A stretch of DNA of 64,000 nucleotides from an uncultured Planctomycetaceae bacterium (GTDB taxonomy: Bacteria > Planctomycetota > Planctomycetia > Planctomycetales > Planctomycetaceae): positions 352,001 through 416,000 of the forward strand of contig CAWFAK010000007.1 in NCBI GenBank assembly GCA_963813715.1, given 5' to 3'. The notes under the pieces were generated by a model. That model worked only from the letters and a program-made list of their open reading frames with translations, did no database searches and was not told where the DNA came from. Shown here one piece after another: positions 20,634-30,997 of this stretch. The stretch's first letter is position 1. The number at the start of each line of letters is the position of its first letter. A program made the position numbers and the translations under genes.

Positions 20634-22245
20634 CTAGCGACTGTTCCGTTCCGTGTTTTGCCCCATCACGTAGTCGAGTCGGGCTCGCGCCGTCAAATAC
20701 TCGTAGGTCGAGTTGAGATAATCTTGCTCGGCGCGCGTGAGAGCCGTCTCTGCGTCGGTTATCTCCGTGGGGGTTGCGTCACCCTGTGCGGCTCTTGCTT
20801 TGACCAGTCGATAGTTTTCCCGTGCTTGCGTGACGGCCGGCTTCGCAAGGTCGATGGCCCGGAACGAGGTGATCGACTGTTGGTAGGCTTCGACGGTTTG
20901 GAAACTGATCGTGTCGGCGATGGAATCGGCAAGCGCCATGGCGGCGCGCGTTTTGGAATCGGCGACCCGCAGCTCGCCCACGCGCCGACCTCCCTCGAAC
21001 AGGCCCCATTCCAATTTGATGAAGCCCAGGCCCAGGCCAACATTGGCTCGCGGTGTCGCCTGCTCGAAATTAATGTAATCCCCCTCGGCGAAAATCTTCG
21101 GCAGGAAGTCGGCCTTCGCGACGCGCGATCCCTCATGAGCCACTTGCACGCTGGTGCGCGCGACGTCCAGTTCCCGTCGTTGTGACGCGGCTGCCTGCAA
21201 GCACTCGCCAAGTGAGCTCGGTGGTGGCGGAATCTCGCCAACTTCCATGACCGCGGTCGGAGAGGTCACATTCACTCCCATCGCCAGGTTGAGCGCCGCA
21301 ACCGCGATGTCGACGGCGCCGTCGGTGCTTTCTAGTTGCCGCTGGCTTTGAGCCAACTGCACTTCTGCCCGCAGGACCTGTTCGCGCTCGATGACGCCCC
21401 CTTTTTCGAGCTTGCGCCACGCCGAGATCGTCGTCGGCTCGGCGGACGGCGTCTTGGGCGATTCGTCGCAGCGCCATCGTCTGCAAAACCTTGTAATAGG
21501 CGACGGTAACTTCATTGGCCACGGTCTGATAAGCGCGATCGGTCTGCAATCGCGCAATCTCGACGCCCAATTCGGCCTGGCAGTAGCGGCCCGAGCGGCG
21601 TCCGAAATCGCAAATCAACCACTGCATCCTGACTTCGGCCAGACCATAACCCGATGCCAAATCGAGCCCAATGGGCACGACGGCTCCGGGAGGCAAGAAG
21701 CTGAATGACTGCGACTGTCCGTTCACATCGAGATCGAAGCCACCTCCCGAGATCCCCCCGGAAAGCGTCGGGAGGTACGGAGCAAACGCAACATCCGCGT
21801 GGCCTTGGGCCTCATCGATGCTCTCGAGAAAGACTCGCAGCCGGGGTTGCATCCGGAAGGACGTCTCGATCGCCTCTGACAGACTCATTTTCCCGACTTG
21901 CCCCGGTTCTGTTGCAACTGAACCGGTCGCAGCAGGCATTGGAGGCAGAGCCGCAGAGCCATCGCGGGACGACGCGACCGGCGGCTCAGAACTTCCAGGC
22001 TGCGAGCTATCCGTGGCGGAGGCGGGAATAACGGTCTGCGACGCGCGTTCGGATACAGCCTCAGCCGGATGCGTGCCCTTGTTCGCGACCTCTGGATTGG
22101 ACGGCGTCGCGCGAGCAGAGTCGGCCGTACTGACCCCTGGCGAGCAGATTCGCTCAGCGAGGTGATCTTGCGGACGGCTCTCCGGAGAGGCGCAGCCGGC
22201 TGCGAAAACAGCGGCAAACGCGAATCGGATGAGCTTGGCCGACAT
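20634..22245 (-). CDS. TolC-family outer-membrane efflux lipoprotein (frameshift near 21415)
   Basis: Lipobox AAGC; OEP repeats (LSEAIETSF, VAYYKVL, AKADFLPKI, EITDAETALTRA) split over two frames. Confidence 0.88.
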
Positions 22246-22384
22246 CCGTCGTCACTCACGGGGCTCGCTGTCCCGCGAGTTGCCAACCGTGCCGTGAGCC
22301 CCCCCAGAACCGGTTGTATCGACTATATCGGATACGCGGGGGATGAACCTGAAGCGGAACCCAGGAGGTCACACAGCTTGGCGG

Positions 22385-22932
22385 GTCAATTCCCTAGGGA
22401 AACGAAGTGTCCCGACCCACCGCACCACCGGCCAGCCTTTTTCCACCTCCCGCCCCATCCTGCCCAGCATCCCTGCCATGGAGAGCACCGTATCCGGGCC
22501 AAAAACGCCGTGGTTTCTCCGTAAAACAAACTTGTCCCGTCCCGCAGTCCCGTCCCACTCTTCCCACCCACGCGCCAGGACCCGGGCGAGCCGATCCGCC
22601 GCGGCGGATCAGCTGTCGGGTGCTTCCGGTATGCTCCCGAGCGTTTTCCCGGGCGTTTCTCGGTGAAACAGCGTGTCCCGTCCCATCCCAATCAATCCCG
22701 TCCCGATTGCCGGGGCCTGATCGCCACTCAACGGATCGACACTGACCGGTGGGACTCTCGTCGATGGGTCCATCCCCCTTATATCAAATGTGAGAGACCC
22801 GTCCCGGCGGGACAACTTTAGGAGGACCCGGCGGGACAACTTGTCCCGGCGCACCGGGGATCTTTTTCTCCCTAGTCGAGTCGGGTGAGGGTGATCGTGT
22901 CCCACTCAACTTTGGACATTGGACTTTGGACT
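22385..22932. repeat. Non-coding GTCCC-rich repeat element
   Basis: Three related units TT(T/C)C..GAAAC/AAAAC..TGTCCCG(A/T)CCC at about 22390, 22514 and 22657; tandem CCCGGCGGGACAACTT (22803-22842); heptamers TTGGAC(A/T) at 22912-22932. Confidence 0.6.
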
Positions 22933-23204
22933 GTCTGTGCCCTCCGCGCGCACGAAACCGCTCGCGCCGAGATCCGCTCTCTCCATTCAGCCACAAAAAC
23001 GAGAGGCGTCCAAGATCAGTTTCCGCGGAATCCCGGGATCTGACGGCGCGGTTGACTCACAGGAACGCAAGCGGAGCGGGGATCCAGAAGAAGGGTCGAT
23101 CTTCGCTGTTCAGTGAAAAAGGAGTGAGTTTCTACGAAATGCCATCGGAGCAAACGCGACTCCCCGGTCCCCTAGCTAGGCGCAATAGTCGGGGGATGGC
23201 GCGT

Positions 23205-25628
23205 TCATTGGGGGCCGGATTTCGCCCCTTTTTCGAGCAGCATCTTCTCGAGTTGCACATTATGGTTCTGGCGAGCGATTTCGAGCGGCGTCCGTTTGGG
23301 ATTGCCCCCGGCCAAATTCACGTTCGCGCCGCGGTCGATCAGCAGCTTTGCCATACAGTCGCGTCCAAACCACGCGGCAAAGATGAGTGCTGTAGCGCCC
23401 TTGTCGAGGCTCGCGTCGTTGTCGTTGCGAATGTTGACATCGCAACCCGCATCAAGCAATTGTTTGACGATGTTTCGATAATCGCGTGCCGCCGCCACGT
23501 GCAAAGCAGGAAATCCATCGAAACTTTTTGAGTTTGCGAGCGTGCGATTCTGTTTCAGCAGGCGGGCAACTTCGACTTCGTCGCCAATTGCCGCCACGGT
23601 GAACATGTCGAGGCGTGCGCCGTGTTGCCGTAAGAAGTTGATTTCGTTGATGATTAACGCGTTGATCTCACTGACGTCCGCCGGATCGGACTTTGCAGCA
23701 TCGGCATCGGAAATCAATTCGAGGACGCGAGCCGCTTTTTGCAGAGCTGTCGCGCCGTTTTCGGAATAATTCGGATCAGCCCCCGCTCGGATGAGCGTGT
23801 TGAGTATCGGTACCTGCCAGCGTTCCGGCGAGCCGTGGTCCGGGTCGTATTGCGGTTCGGCAACTTTCAACAGGCAGCGGCACAACAACCGTGAGCGCAT
23901 GGCGCGATCTCCCGCCTGAAACTTGGGATGTTGCACGATCGCCGCGACATTGTCGCTCATGAAGGAAGACGCAGCGACGTCTAGGGGCGTGGGATCGGGC
24001 GGTGGACCATAGGTTTCCACATCCGATTTCCCAGTTGCAAAGACGTCGAGGCCCTTGTCGATCAGCAGTTGGATTGTGCCGGGCGTCCCGTACTCGGCTG
24101 CGTAATGCAATGCGGTCGGATTGTCGCAATGCGTTGGCCGAAGGAAGTCGTCGCTCCCCCCGTCTTGCTGGATATATCGCCGGTTCAGGTTCGCGCCGTG
24201 CGCGATGAGCAGCTGAACGACCTGTGGGTGCGCGACGGCATGCGCCATGACCGGATATCCACCGCCGCCAGCGAAATCGTCAACGTCGAAATGATATTGC
24301 TCGATTAACAAGCGGCAGATTTCGACACGGCCGACCGACGCGGCAAGCCTGAGCGGGTTTTTCCAATCGCCTCCGACCGCCGACCGCGGCGATTGATCCA
24401 TCAGCGTTTTGACCCGATTCACGTCATTTAAGTGGATTGCCGCGAACAGGTCGTAGTCCGCGCCGGCCTTGATGTACAGGTCCGCCAGTGCTCGGCATTC
24501 GCGTCGCCGTTCAGCAGAGCGGGCCTGCCCGCCATTCTTCGGGGTTGGCGAACAGCCCCCAGCCCGACGTTGTGTTGCCCGTCAGAGCCGCGCTCGAATG
24601 GTACGAATTGTGGACGCAGCTGTGTGCGGCATCATGCAGCATGGCTTGCAGGACGATGCGACCGCGCCTCCCGCGAATCAGCTCCGGTTTTTTCTCAAGA
24701 AGAAGCGCAACGATCTCCGGATCATGCGCGATCTGCAGCGGCGTCCACTGGTTGTTGTCGGCCGCATTGACGTCGGCGCCATGTTCCAAAAGCCATTTCG
24801 CGACGTCCTTGGCTCCTTCAAAGATCGCGGTGTTGAGCAGAGTTCCGTACTTGTCGTCGCGCTTTGAGACCCAGAACGGATCGGCTTTGAGGATGCGAAA
24901 CGCCTTAGCCGCGAAACCGCGGGACAAGTAATAATGCGGCGAACGCTGTCCCTTCTGAATTCGCACCTCGACGCTTTCGCTACGAATCGCGCCTGTCCAA
25001 TAGTCCGACTCCGATCGATTTGCTGCGGACTCCAATCGCGCAACGATCGAGAACCGATGACCGTTTGCCGGCTGCGGTACGTCAGTCCAGCCTTGCCAGC
25101 TTTCCTGGCAATCGTTCAGCAGGACGTCATAGTCCTGCGTCTGGTGCGGATAGATTTGAAGCGTCCCTGTCCACCACCATGGCTTCCTTCGGGTCTTTTT
25201 CGCCGCCTGCGGGTTTGAGTCGTTCAGCGGAGTTCTGCGAATGATGTACTTGTGACCGGAGTCCAAATCGGTCAGCTCAAAGGACAGTTGGCACCAGCCG
25301 CGCTTTGAGTCGGGGTCCCAGACTTTGATCGGCTGAAGGGTCAGGTTGGTCAGCGAGACGTAAAAGACCTCGTCGAAATTCAATGCATTGCGTTTTTCTT
25401 CGTCGTCGCCGATTTCGAGTTTGATCGCCAGCGGCTTGTCTGGCCGAATCGCTGGAGCTCGCGCGGCGCGGAGGCGCAAGGGTCCGGCGCCTTCGGGACC
25501 GGAGCAGGCGGAGACCGCTGCACAGCCGGCTGCGACGCGCGGCCTTGTGCGATCAGTCCATCACCGGGACGCGCCGCGATGAGCAACAGCACTAAGGCAG
25601 TCCGTGCGACTGGCACGAGGTGGCACAT
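23205..25628 (-). CDS. Secreted ankyrin-repeat protein (frameshifts near 25480 and 24515)
   Basis: Signal-like N-terminus MCHLVPVARTALVLLL; many ankyrin repeats (LLEHGADVN..TPL, PTALHYAAEYG, GFPALHVAA, TALIFAA); the frames join via ALADLYIKAGADYDLFAAI. Confidence 0.8.
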
Positions 25629-25851
25629 GCATCGCCCCTCAGTTGGCTCCCTGCGTGGCGAATACGAAGCAAGAAAGCAGCTTCTCACTGTCGCACAAAC
25701 CCCAATTCCCCGCAAACTCGGCTCTTCACCCTGCACGGCGGGGGATGAACTTGAAACGGAAACCAGGATGTGACTGACCTTAACGCGCGAACTCTTGAAG
25801 CCCGGTTCGGCGGGCAAGCTGGGACGTTGGCGAGTTGGACCAGATCGAGGA

Positions 25852-26292
25852 CTAACGTGCGAGCTCATGGAGTTCCGCGCGGCAGGCGGCGCTGAAGTCC
25901 AGCAGAGGATCGAAATGGTCGACCTCGAACGTGGCACGGATTTGATCCACCGACAAGTTCGGCTTGGAATACAAATCGACGAATCGATGGCAGCACTCTT
26001 CCGCAGCGGTCAGGACCGTTTGGGAGGAAAGAAGTCGGATGCAACTCAGTTTGGCATACATTTGCACAAACTTATCCGGTCGGTCCAAGGAATTGCTGAG
26101 GGCGTCGATGACAGAGTTCGACGCCTCCTTGATAAATTCCTCATACAGCAATTCACGTCGGCGCAGCTCCTCCACCGCGCGTTCGCGAATGAACTGGCTT
26201 CGCTGCGTCATCCACGTCGTGAACATCGAGCCAGAGGCTCCGGCGAGCGACCCAAGGAGGGCGGCCATGGCCGTGATTATCGAAGAGTCCAT
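25852..26292 (-). CDS. Hypothetical protein with N-terminal TM helix
   Basis: Clean 146-aa ORF with natural composition and an N-terminal hydrophobic helix. Confidence 0.7.
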   Translation of the reverse strand: MDSSIITAMAALLGSLAGASGSMFTTWMTQRSQFIRERAVEELRRRELLYEEFIKEASNSVIDALSNSLDRPDKFVQMYAKLSCIRLLSSQTVLTAAEECCHRFVDLYSKPNLSVDQIRATFEVDHFDPLLDFSAACRAELHELAR

Positions 26293-26431
26293 CGCACCGG
26301 CTTTTTTTCAGTTGCCTGTCGTCAAGATCCGCTGTCGATTACGCACGTGCCTTCAATCTTAGCGGCGATCCTAATCGGGGGCAGTGCCGCGTCGGAGCGG
26401 CACCCGCCACGCCTGGCACAGGCGGCCTGCA

Positions 26432-26499
26432 CGATCGTGCTGGTCTCGAAAACCAGTGTGCAAGCAAGTGCACCGTGGGTTCGAATCCCACCCTCTCCG
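26432..26499 (+). tRNA. 3' fragment of tRNA-Ser(CGA), att-like remnant
   Basis: Anticodon arm CTGGT-CTCGAAA-ACCAG, long variable arm, T-arm GTGGGTTCGAATCCCAC, acceptor strand CCTCTCCG; no matching 5' GGAGAGG upstream. Confidence 0.8.
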
Positions 26500-26540
26500 C
26501 TCACAATTGAACGCTTTTCTGATCTCATAACGGCGCCGCA

Positions 26541-26630
26541 ACCTGAGCCGAGAATCGCGTTCAACAGCACGCTGTCCTTCTGATCCTTGGAAGTACATGT
26601 CACGCTGCCGGTGAACGTCGGCGTGTCCGC
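26541..26630 (-). pseudogene. 90-bp relic of a porin paralogue
   Basis: Ungapped 76/90 identity (counted by hand) to 15637-15726; encodes TPTFTGSVTCTSKDQKDSVLLNAILGSG. Confidence 0.75.
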
Positions 26631-26647
26631 ATCAGTCGGCTCGATGC

Positions 26648-28271
26648 CTAAGGCTCGAGCGAAAAGTCGGCTGACGGAACGTGCCGCGGGTATTCCCAGC
26701 GGCCGACGTTGTCGCGGACCCATTCGTAGTAGAACCGGACGCCGCGGTCGGTGGGGCCGGTGCCGTGGCCGCCCATTTCGCCGTGCGGAGCCGTTCCGCT
26801 GTAGTTCGTGATCCCTTGCACGAACGCCGAGTCAAACAGGAAAGCCGCGTTAGGCGCGGCGAGATACTTGCGGCAATCAGCGTAGACCGCGTCGCGGCTC
26901 GACTGGTTGAAAATGCCGTCGTTCTGAAAATAGTCTTCGCGCGTCGGCTCGACGTTCACGACAAAGCCCTGCTTCGGAATCGGCATGCCCTTCCGGATGA
27001 TGCGGACGTCCATCGTCGGGTCGAACTCGCCGGTCCCGGATTTCCCATGTGTGCCGAGGCCCACGGGAATATGCGGTGCAATGGCCTTGAACCAACCGAT
27101 CATCATCGCCCGCTTCCGGGCGCCGTCCGGCTCGCGCAGCAGCAGCTTGTTGGCATTCACGGGATCGTTGAATTCGTCGAGCAGGTTGACGAAGACATTT
27201 CTTAGCCGTTTCTCGGTCACGAAGCGGGCGGTCTCCTCGATGGCGGTCCGCATGGCCGCGTCGTCGTAAAACTCCTGATCCTTGGGCGGCGTGAGCACGC
27301 CGATCATCACCACCATTCCCCGTTTGTCGGCCTCACGAATGAACGACTCGGCGCGGCGGGCGACCTCGGGCAGTAACGTGCCGTGCCGGGTAAAGCCGTT
27401 CAAGGCCGCGTCCTTGCTGGGGAAACCGACGTTGACTCCCTGGAGGTAGGCGCCGACGAAATTGATTCCGTGGGCGTTCATATTGTCGAAGTTGCGAATG
27501 TAGCGCTCGGTGACCGCGTCGCTAACAAACGCGTTCCCGCATCGGAGCCCCCAGAGGTCGACTTCGCGGCCTCCCAGGAATGGCCGCTCGCCCCGGATTT
27601 CAAAGGTCCTTGTCTCCCGCAGCAGTTCAGGCGGCTTCGGCGTCAACGAAGGCGCCGGTGCTTTGCAGATCGTCGAAATACGATTGACTGTCGGACTTCG
27701 TCCACAGGCCGATTCGCCCGTACCCGCGAATCGAATCGTCCTCAAGGTCGATGTTGATCCGGTCATCGAACGTGCTGTGAATCTTGCTCCCCTTCATCGT
27801 CAGGTGCAGCGTGTGCCAGTTCGAGTCGCCGGGAGCTTTGACGCTGGCGAGCTGCGAACGCTTGCCGTCGAGCACCTTGTAGACGCGGAAAGAATCCTCC
27901 AGCGGGTTGTACCTCGTCAGATAGTAACTCTTCGCATTCTTCACGCGCCAGATAATGCCACCACCCTGGTCGACGAATCCTTTGACAGCCTTCACCCGCA
28001 CGCTGACGTCGACGTCGGCATAGAGCACGTCGGTGCGAATGATCACGTTGAAGACGGCGTCTTCGTTCCGTGCCGTCTGCGCCAGCACGTGGTTCCCACC
28101 GTCGTCGATGACCGTCCAGGCGCCGATGGCCGAACGAAACCCCGACGGCGGATGACCGACGGCGTCCGATTGGAAATCCCATTGGCGACCCGCGGCTTCG
28201 TCTTGCCCCGACCCCGCGCCGGCAAAACCGATGAGAATCATCGCCGTCAAAATCGTGGTCAGGAGGCGCAT
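26648..28271 (-). CDS. Secreted DUF1080-like beta-sandwich domain plus glycoside-hydrolase-like TIM barrel (frameshift near 27650)
   Basis: Signal peptide MRLLTTIL; DQGGGIIWR, WHTL, GRIGLWTKSD..YFDDL; then FIREADKRGMVV..NVFVNLLDE in the next frame. Confidence 0.7.
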
Positions 28272-28411
28272 ACGTCTCTTTCTAGGGCTCTTTTTCAATA
28301 TCGAGCGGCAAAGCTCTGCCAGGGACGCGGTTCGAGTCGGATTTCGTCTGTGAATCCCCGCGTGAATCTCCAACCGGTGACGACCGAAATGAATCCGATC
28401 GAGCGGCGATT

Positions 28412-29231
28412 TCAGCTCGCTTGCCCGGACGGGATTCTGCGGCTTGATGGCCGCGACCAGGCGGGTCGCGGTCCAGGGGCCGATGCCGTACCAGAAGCGA
28501 ACACCCAGCGATCGGCGGTCGGTGATCGTCAGGCCGCTCGCTGCCAGCTCTTTGGCGTACGTGCGCGTGTAGCGGATGTCGGCGATTGCCAGCTTGCCCC
28601 CCAGCTTGAGCACGCGGGCGGCTTCGCGGAGCGCCTTCGCGCGTTCGCCCGCGCCGGACACGTTGTGAATCGCCAGCGAGCTGACCACGACGTCAAAAGA
28701 GCCGTCGTCGAAGGGCAACTGACGCATGTCGGCCGTGCGCAGCTCGATCCGGTCGGTCACGCCCTCGAGCTCCGCGTTGCGGCGGGTGACGGACTCGGCA
28801 TTGCCCGATTGATCCGTAGCGCTCCAGACGTCGACGCCGACAGCCCGGCCGCGTGGCAGTCGCTGGGCCGCCATCAATAGCACCGCACCGCGGCCGCACC
28901 CGATGTCGAGCAGCCGCTCGTCGCCCTCGAGCTCGAGACGATCGAGCAGCTCGGCCCAAACGGCGAACTTACCCACTCGAGTCGTGTAAACGAAAGATCC
29001 TGCGTTGAGCAGCAGCCAGAGGCCGCCGATGCCCATCGCCACAATCGGAACCCAATGCGGTGCCTCCCCGTCTCCCTCGCTGTGCGAGAGCCGCCATAGG
29101 CACAGCGCGAGCAGGCACACGCCGCCCAGAGCCATCAAGATCGGAGCGTACGGGGCATCGATGCCGTAGGCGCCGCGGCGCGGTGGATGGGGAGGAGTCG
29201 AGGACCGGGAGCCACCAGGCACGCTCATCAT
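28412..29231 (-). CDS. Class I SAM-dependent methyltransferase with N-terminal TM segments (end uncertain)
   Basis: YGIDAP, LLDIGCGRG, ADMRQLPFDDGSFDVVVSSLAIHN, RVLKLGG; the stop at 28414-28412 is out of frame. Confidence 0.85.
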
Positions 29232-29296
29232 TGAATCTCCCCTGAGAGCCTCCACCGGCGGCACCAGCTCGCCGCCGGTCGGATCGCTCGCGCCGT

Positions 29297-30735
29297 TCAG
29301 AACAGCTCGGTGATCGCTTCGCCGTCGTCGAGGAGTTGGAACGGTCGGTTTTGTCCGTCGACCGCCGTGAGCTCGTGGAGCCCCATCGCGCGATAGACGG
29401 TCTTCGCCACGTGCGCGGGGGTGACCGGCTTATCGGCCGGGTACTCGGCCAGGCGGTCGCTGGAACCGTAGGTCTGACCGCCGCGAATGCCGCCGCCGGC
29501 GAGCACGTCGGTCAGGCAGTGCGTCCAGTGGTCGCGACCGGCTCCGATGGTCGAATTGCTGCGGACGTCGCCGATCTTCGGCTTGCGTCCCATTTCGCTC
29601 GTGACCATCAACAGCGTCGAATCGAGCAGACCGCGGGCCGACAAGTCTTCGATCAACGCGGAAAAACAGCGATCGAATTCGGGGAGCAGGTTTTCCTTCA
29701 GGCAACGGAAATTGTTGCCGTGCGTATCCCAGCCGCCACCGCTGAGACATTTCTTCGAGACCAGTTCGTCCTCCTCCGACCAGAAGACGGTGATAAACGG
29801 CACTCCCACCTCGACGAGTCGGCGGGCCGCGAGCAGGCTCATCGCGTTGACGGTACGGCCATACCGACCGATCGTGGCCGCCGATTCGGACTCGATGTCG
29901 AAGGCCTTGAGCGTTTGCGACGACGTCAACAGCGTCAGCGCCCGGTCATTCTGCGTCGACCACGAATGGACCTTCGCGAAGGTGTCGAGATCGCGGCGGG
30001 CCGCATCGAGTCCCGCGAGCAGTTGCTCTCGTGAAAAAAGCCGGCGCGACGGCACGTCGCTCGACAGCGCCAGGTCGGGCGCCGGAAGTGCGTGGGGTGC
30101 TGGCGATCGCCGAGCACGTAGAGCGGATCGTATTGCACGCCCAGCTTGCCCGCGAATTGTCCGGGCCGCGTGTACGGAGCCTGGCTCGGTTTCCACGGGA
30201 GGGTGACGGCGTTGGGCATGCCACTTCGCGGCGGTTTTTTCGCCGCGACGACGCAGCCCATGTAGGGCCAGTCGTCCGCGAACGGCGTGCGATTGTTGCC
30301 GAGCGAGAGGAACGACGGGTCGGGGACGTGCCCTGTCAGATTGTGATAGTAGCCCGCGTGATGATCGTTGGTGTTGACGGTGCCGTCGATCGAGTTGACC
30401 AGCGCGAGGTGGTGCGCCTGCTTCGCCAAGAGCGGCAGGTGCTCGCACAACGTCACGCCGGGGGCCGAAGTCGCGATCGGCTGAAATTCCCCCCGGTACT
30501 CGAGCGGGGCCGCGGGCTTCATGTCCCAGGTATCAATGTGCGAGATGCCGCCGCAAAGAAAGAAGAGAATCGTCGAGCGGGCCGTTCCCCCCTCTTGGCG
30601 AGTTTGGGCAGCGGCGCTGGGGGCGGCCGACAACAGCCGCGATCCGCCGGCAATGCCCGCGAGTCCGGTTGCCGAGGCGACGAGAAATTGTCGTCGAGGC
30701 GTTTTCAGCGAGAGTTGATGCGGGTCCGACTTCAT
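29297..30735 (-). CDS. DUF1501 family protein with Tat-like signal (frameshift near 30080)
   Basis: PRRQFL, GGISHIDTWDMKP, GGWDTHGNNF, SEMGRKPKI, GRDHW, LAGGGIRGGQTYGSSD. Confidence 0.92.
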
Positions 30736-30831
30736 GCTCCGCGATTCTCCAACGGGCGAGCACACGCCCAGCGACCCAACGTCGCATCAACAAACGTTAA
30801 CGCATCGGACCACTGGCGACAAACAGACGCG
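30733..30831 (-). repeat. Duplicated 5' leader, copy 1
   Basis: Core GCGACCCAAnGTCGCATCAACAAACGTTAACGCATCGG shared with 32989-33087. Confidence 0.75.
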
Positions 30832-30861
30832 TGTCCTGCGCGACCGTGCGGAACTTCAGAG

Positions 30862-30957
30862 GATCCCTCGCTCACGCTTCGGGTTAGTGGAAGACACCTC
30901 GCTGACGCTTCGGATTGGGGAGCCATCTTTACTAACCCGAAGCGTCAGCGAGGGATC
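30862..30957. repeat. REP-like palindromes, family 2 (three copies)
   Basis: CCCTCGCTCACGCTTCGGGTTAGT, CCTCGCTGACGCTTCGGATT and inverted ACTAACCCGAAGCGTCAGCGAGGG. Confidence 0.8.
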
Positions 30958-30997
30958 TTCGCTTCGTTCGGCAGGGATCCTCGCTTCGTTCGTTGAC

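Noticed and set aside
22385..22700. Possible CRISPR array
   Set aside because: Only three poorly conserved units with ~100-bp gaps; no leader or cas genes.
26400..26500. Functional tRNA-Ser
   Set aside because: The 5' acceptor strand (GGAGAGG) and most of the D-arm are absent.
27627..29264. Apparent methyltransferase-DUF1080 fusion (545-aa ORF)
   Set aside because: The linker looks intergenic, the second part has its own ATG and signal peptide, and an out-of-frame TGA at 28414-28412 suggests an indel hid the stop.
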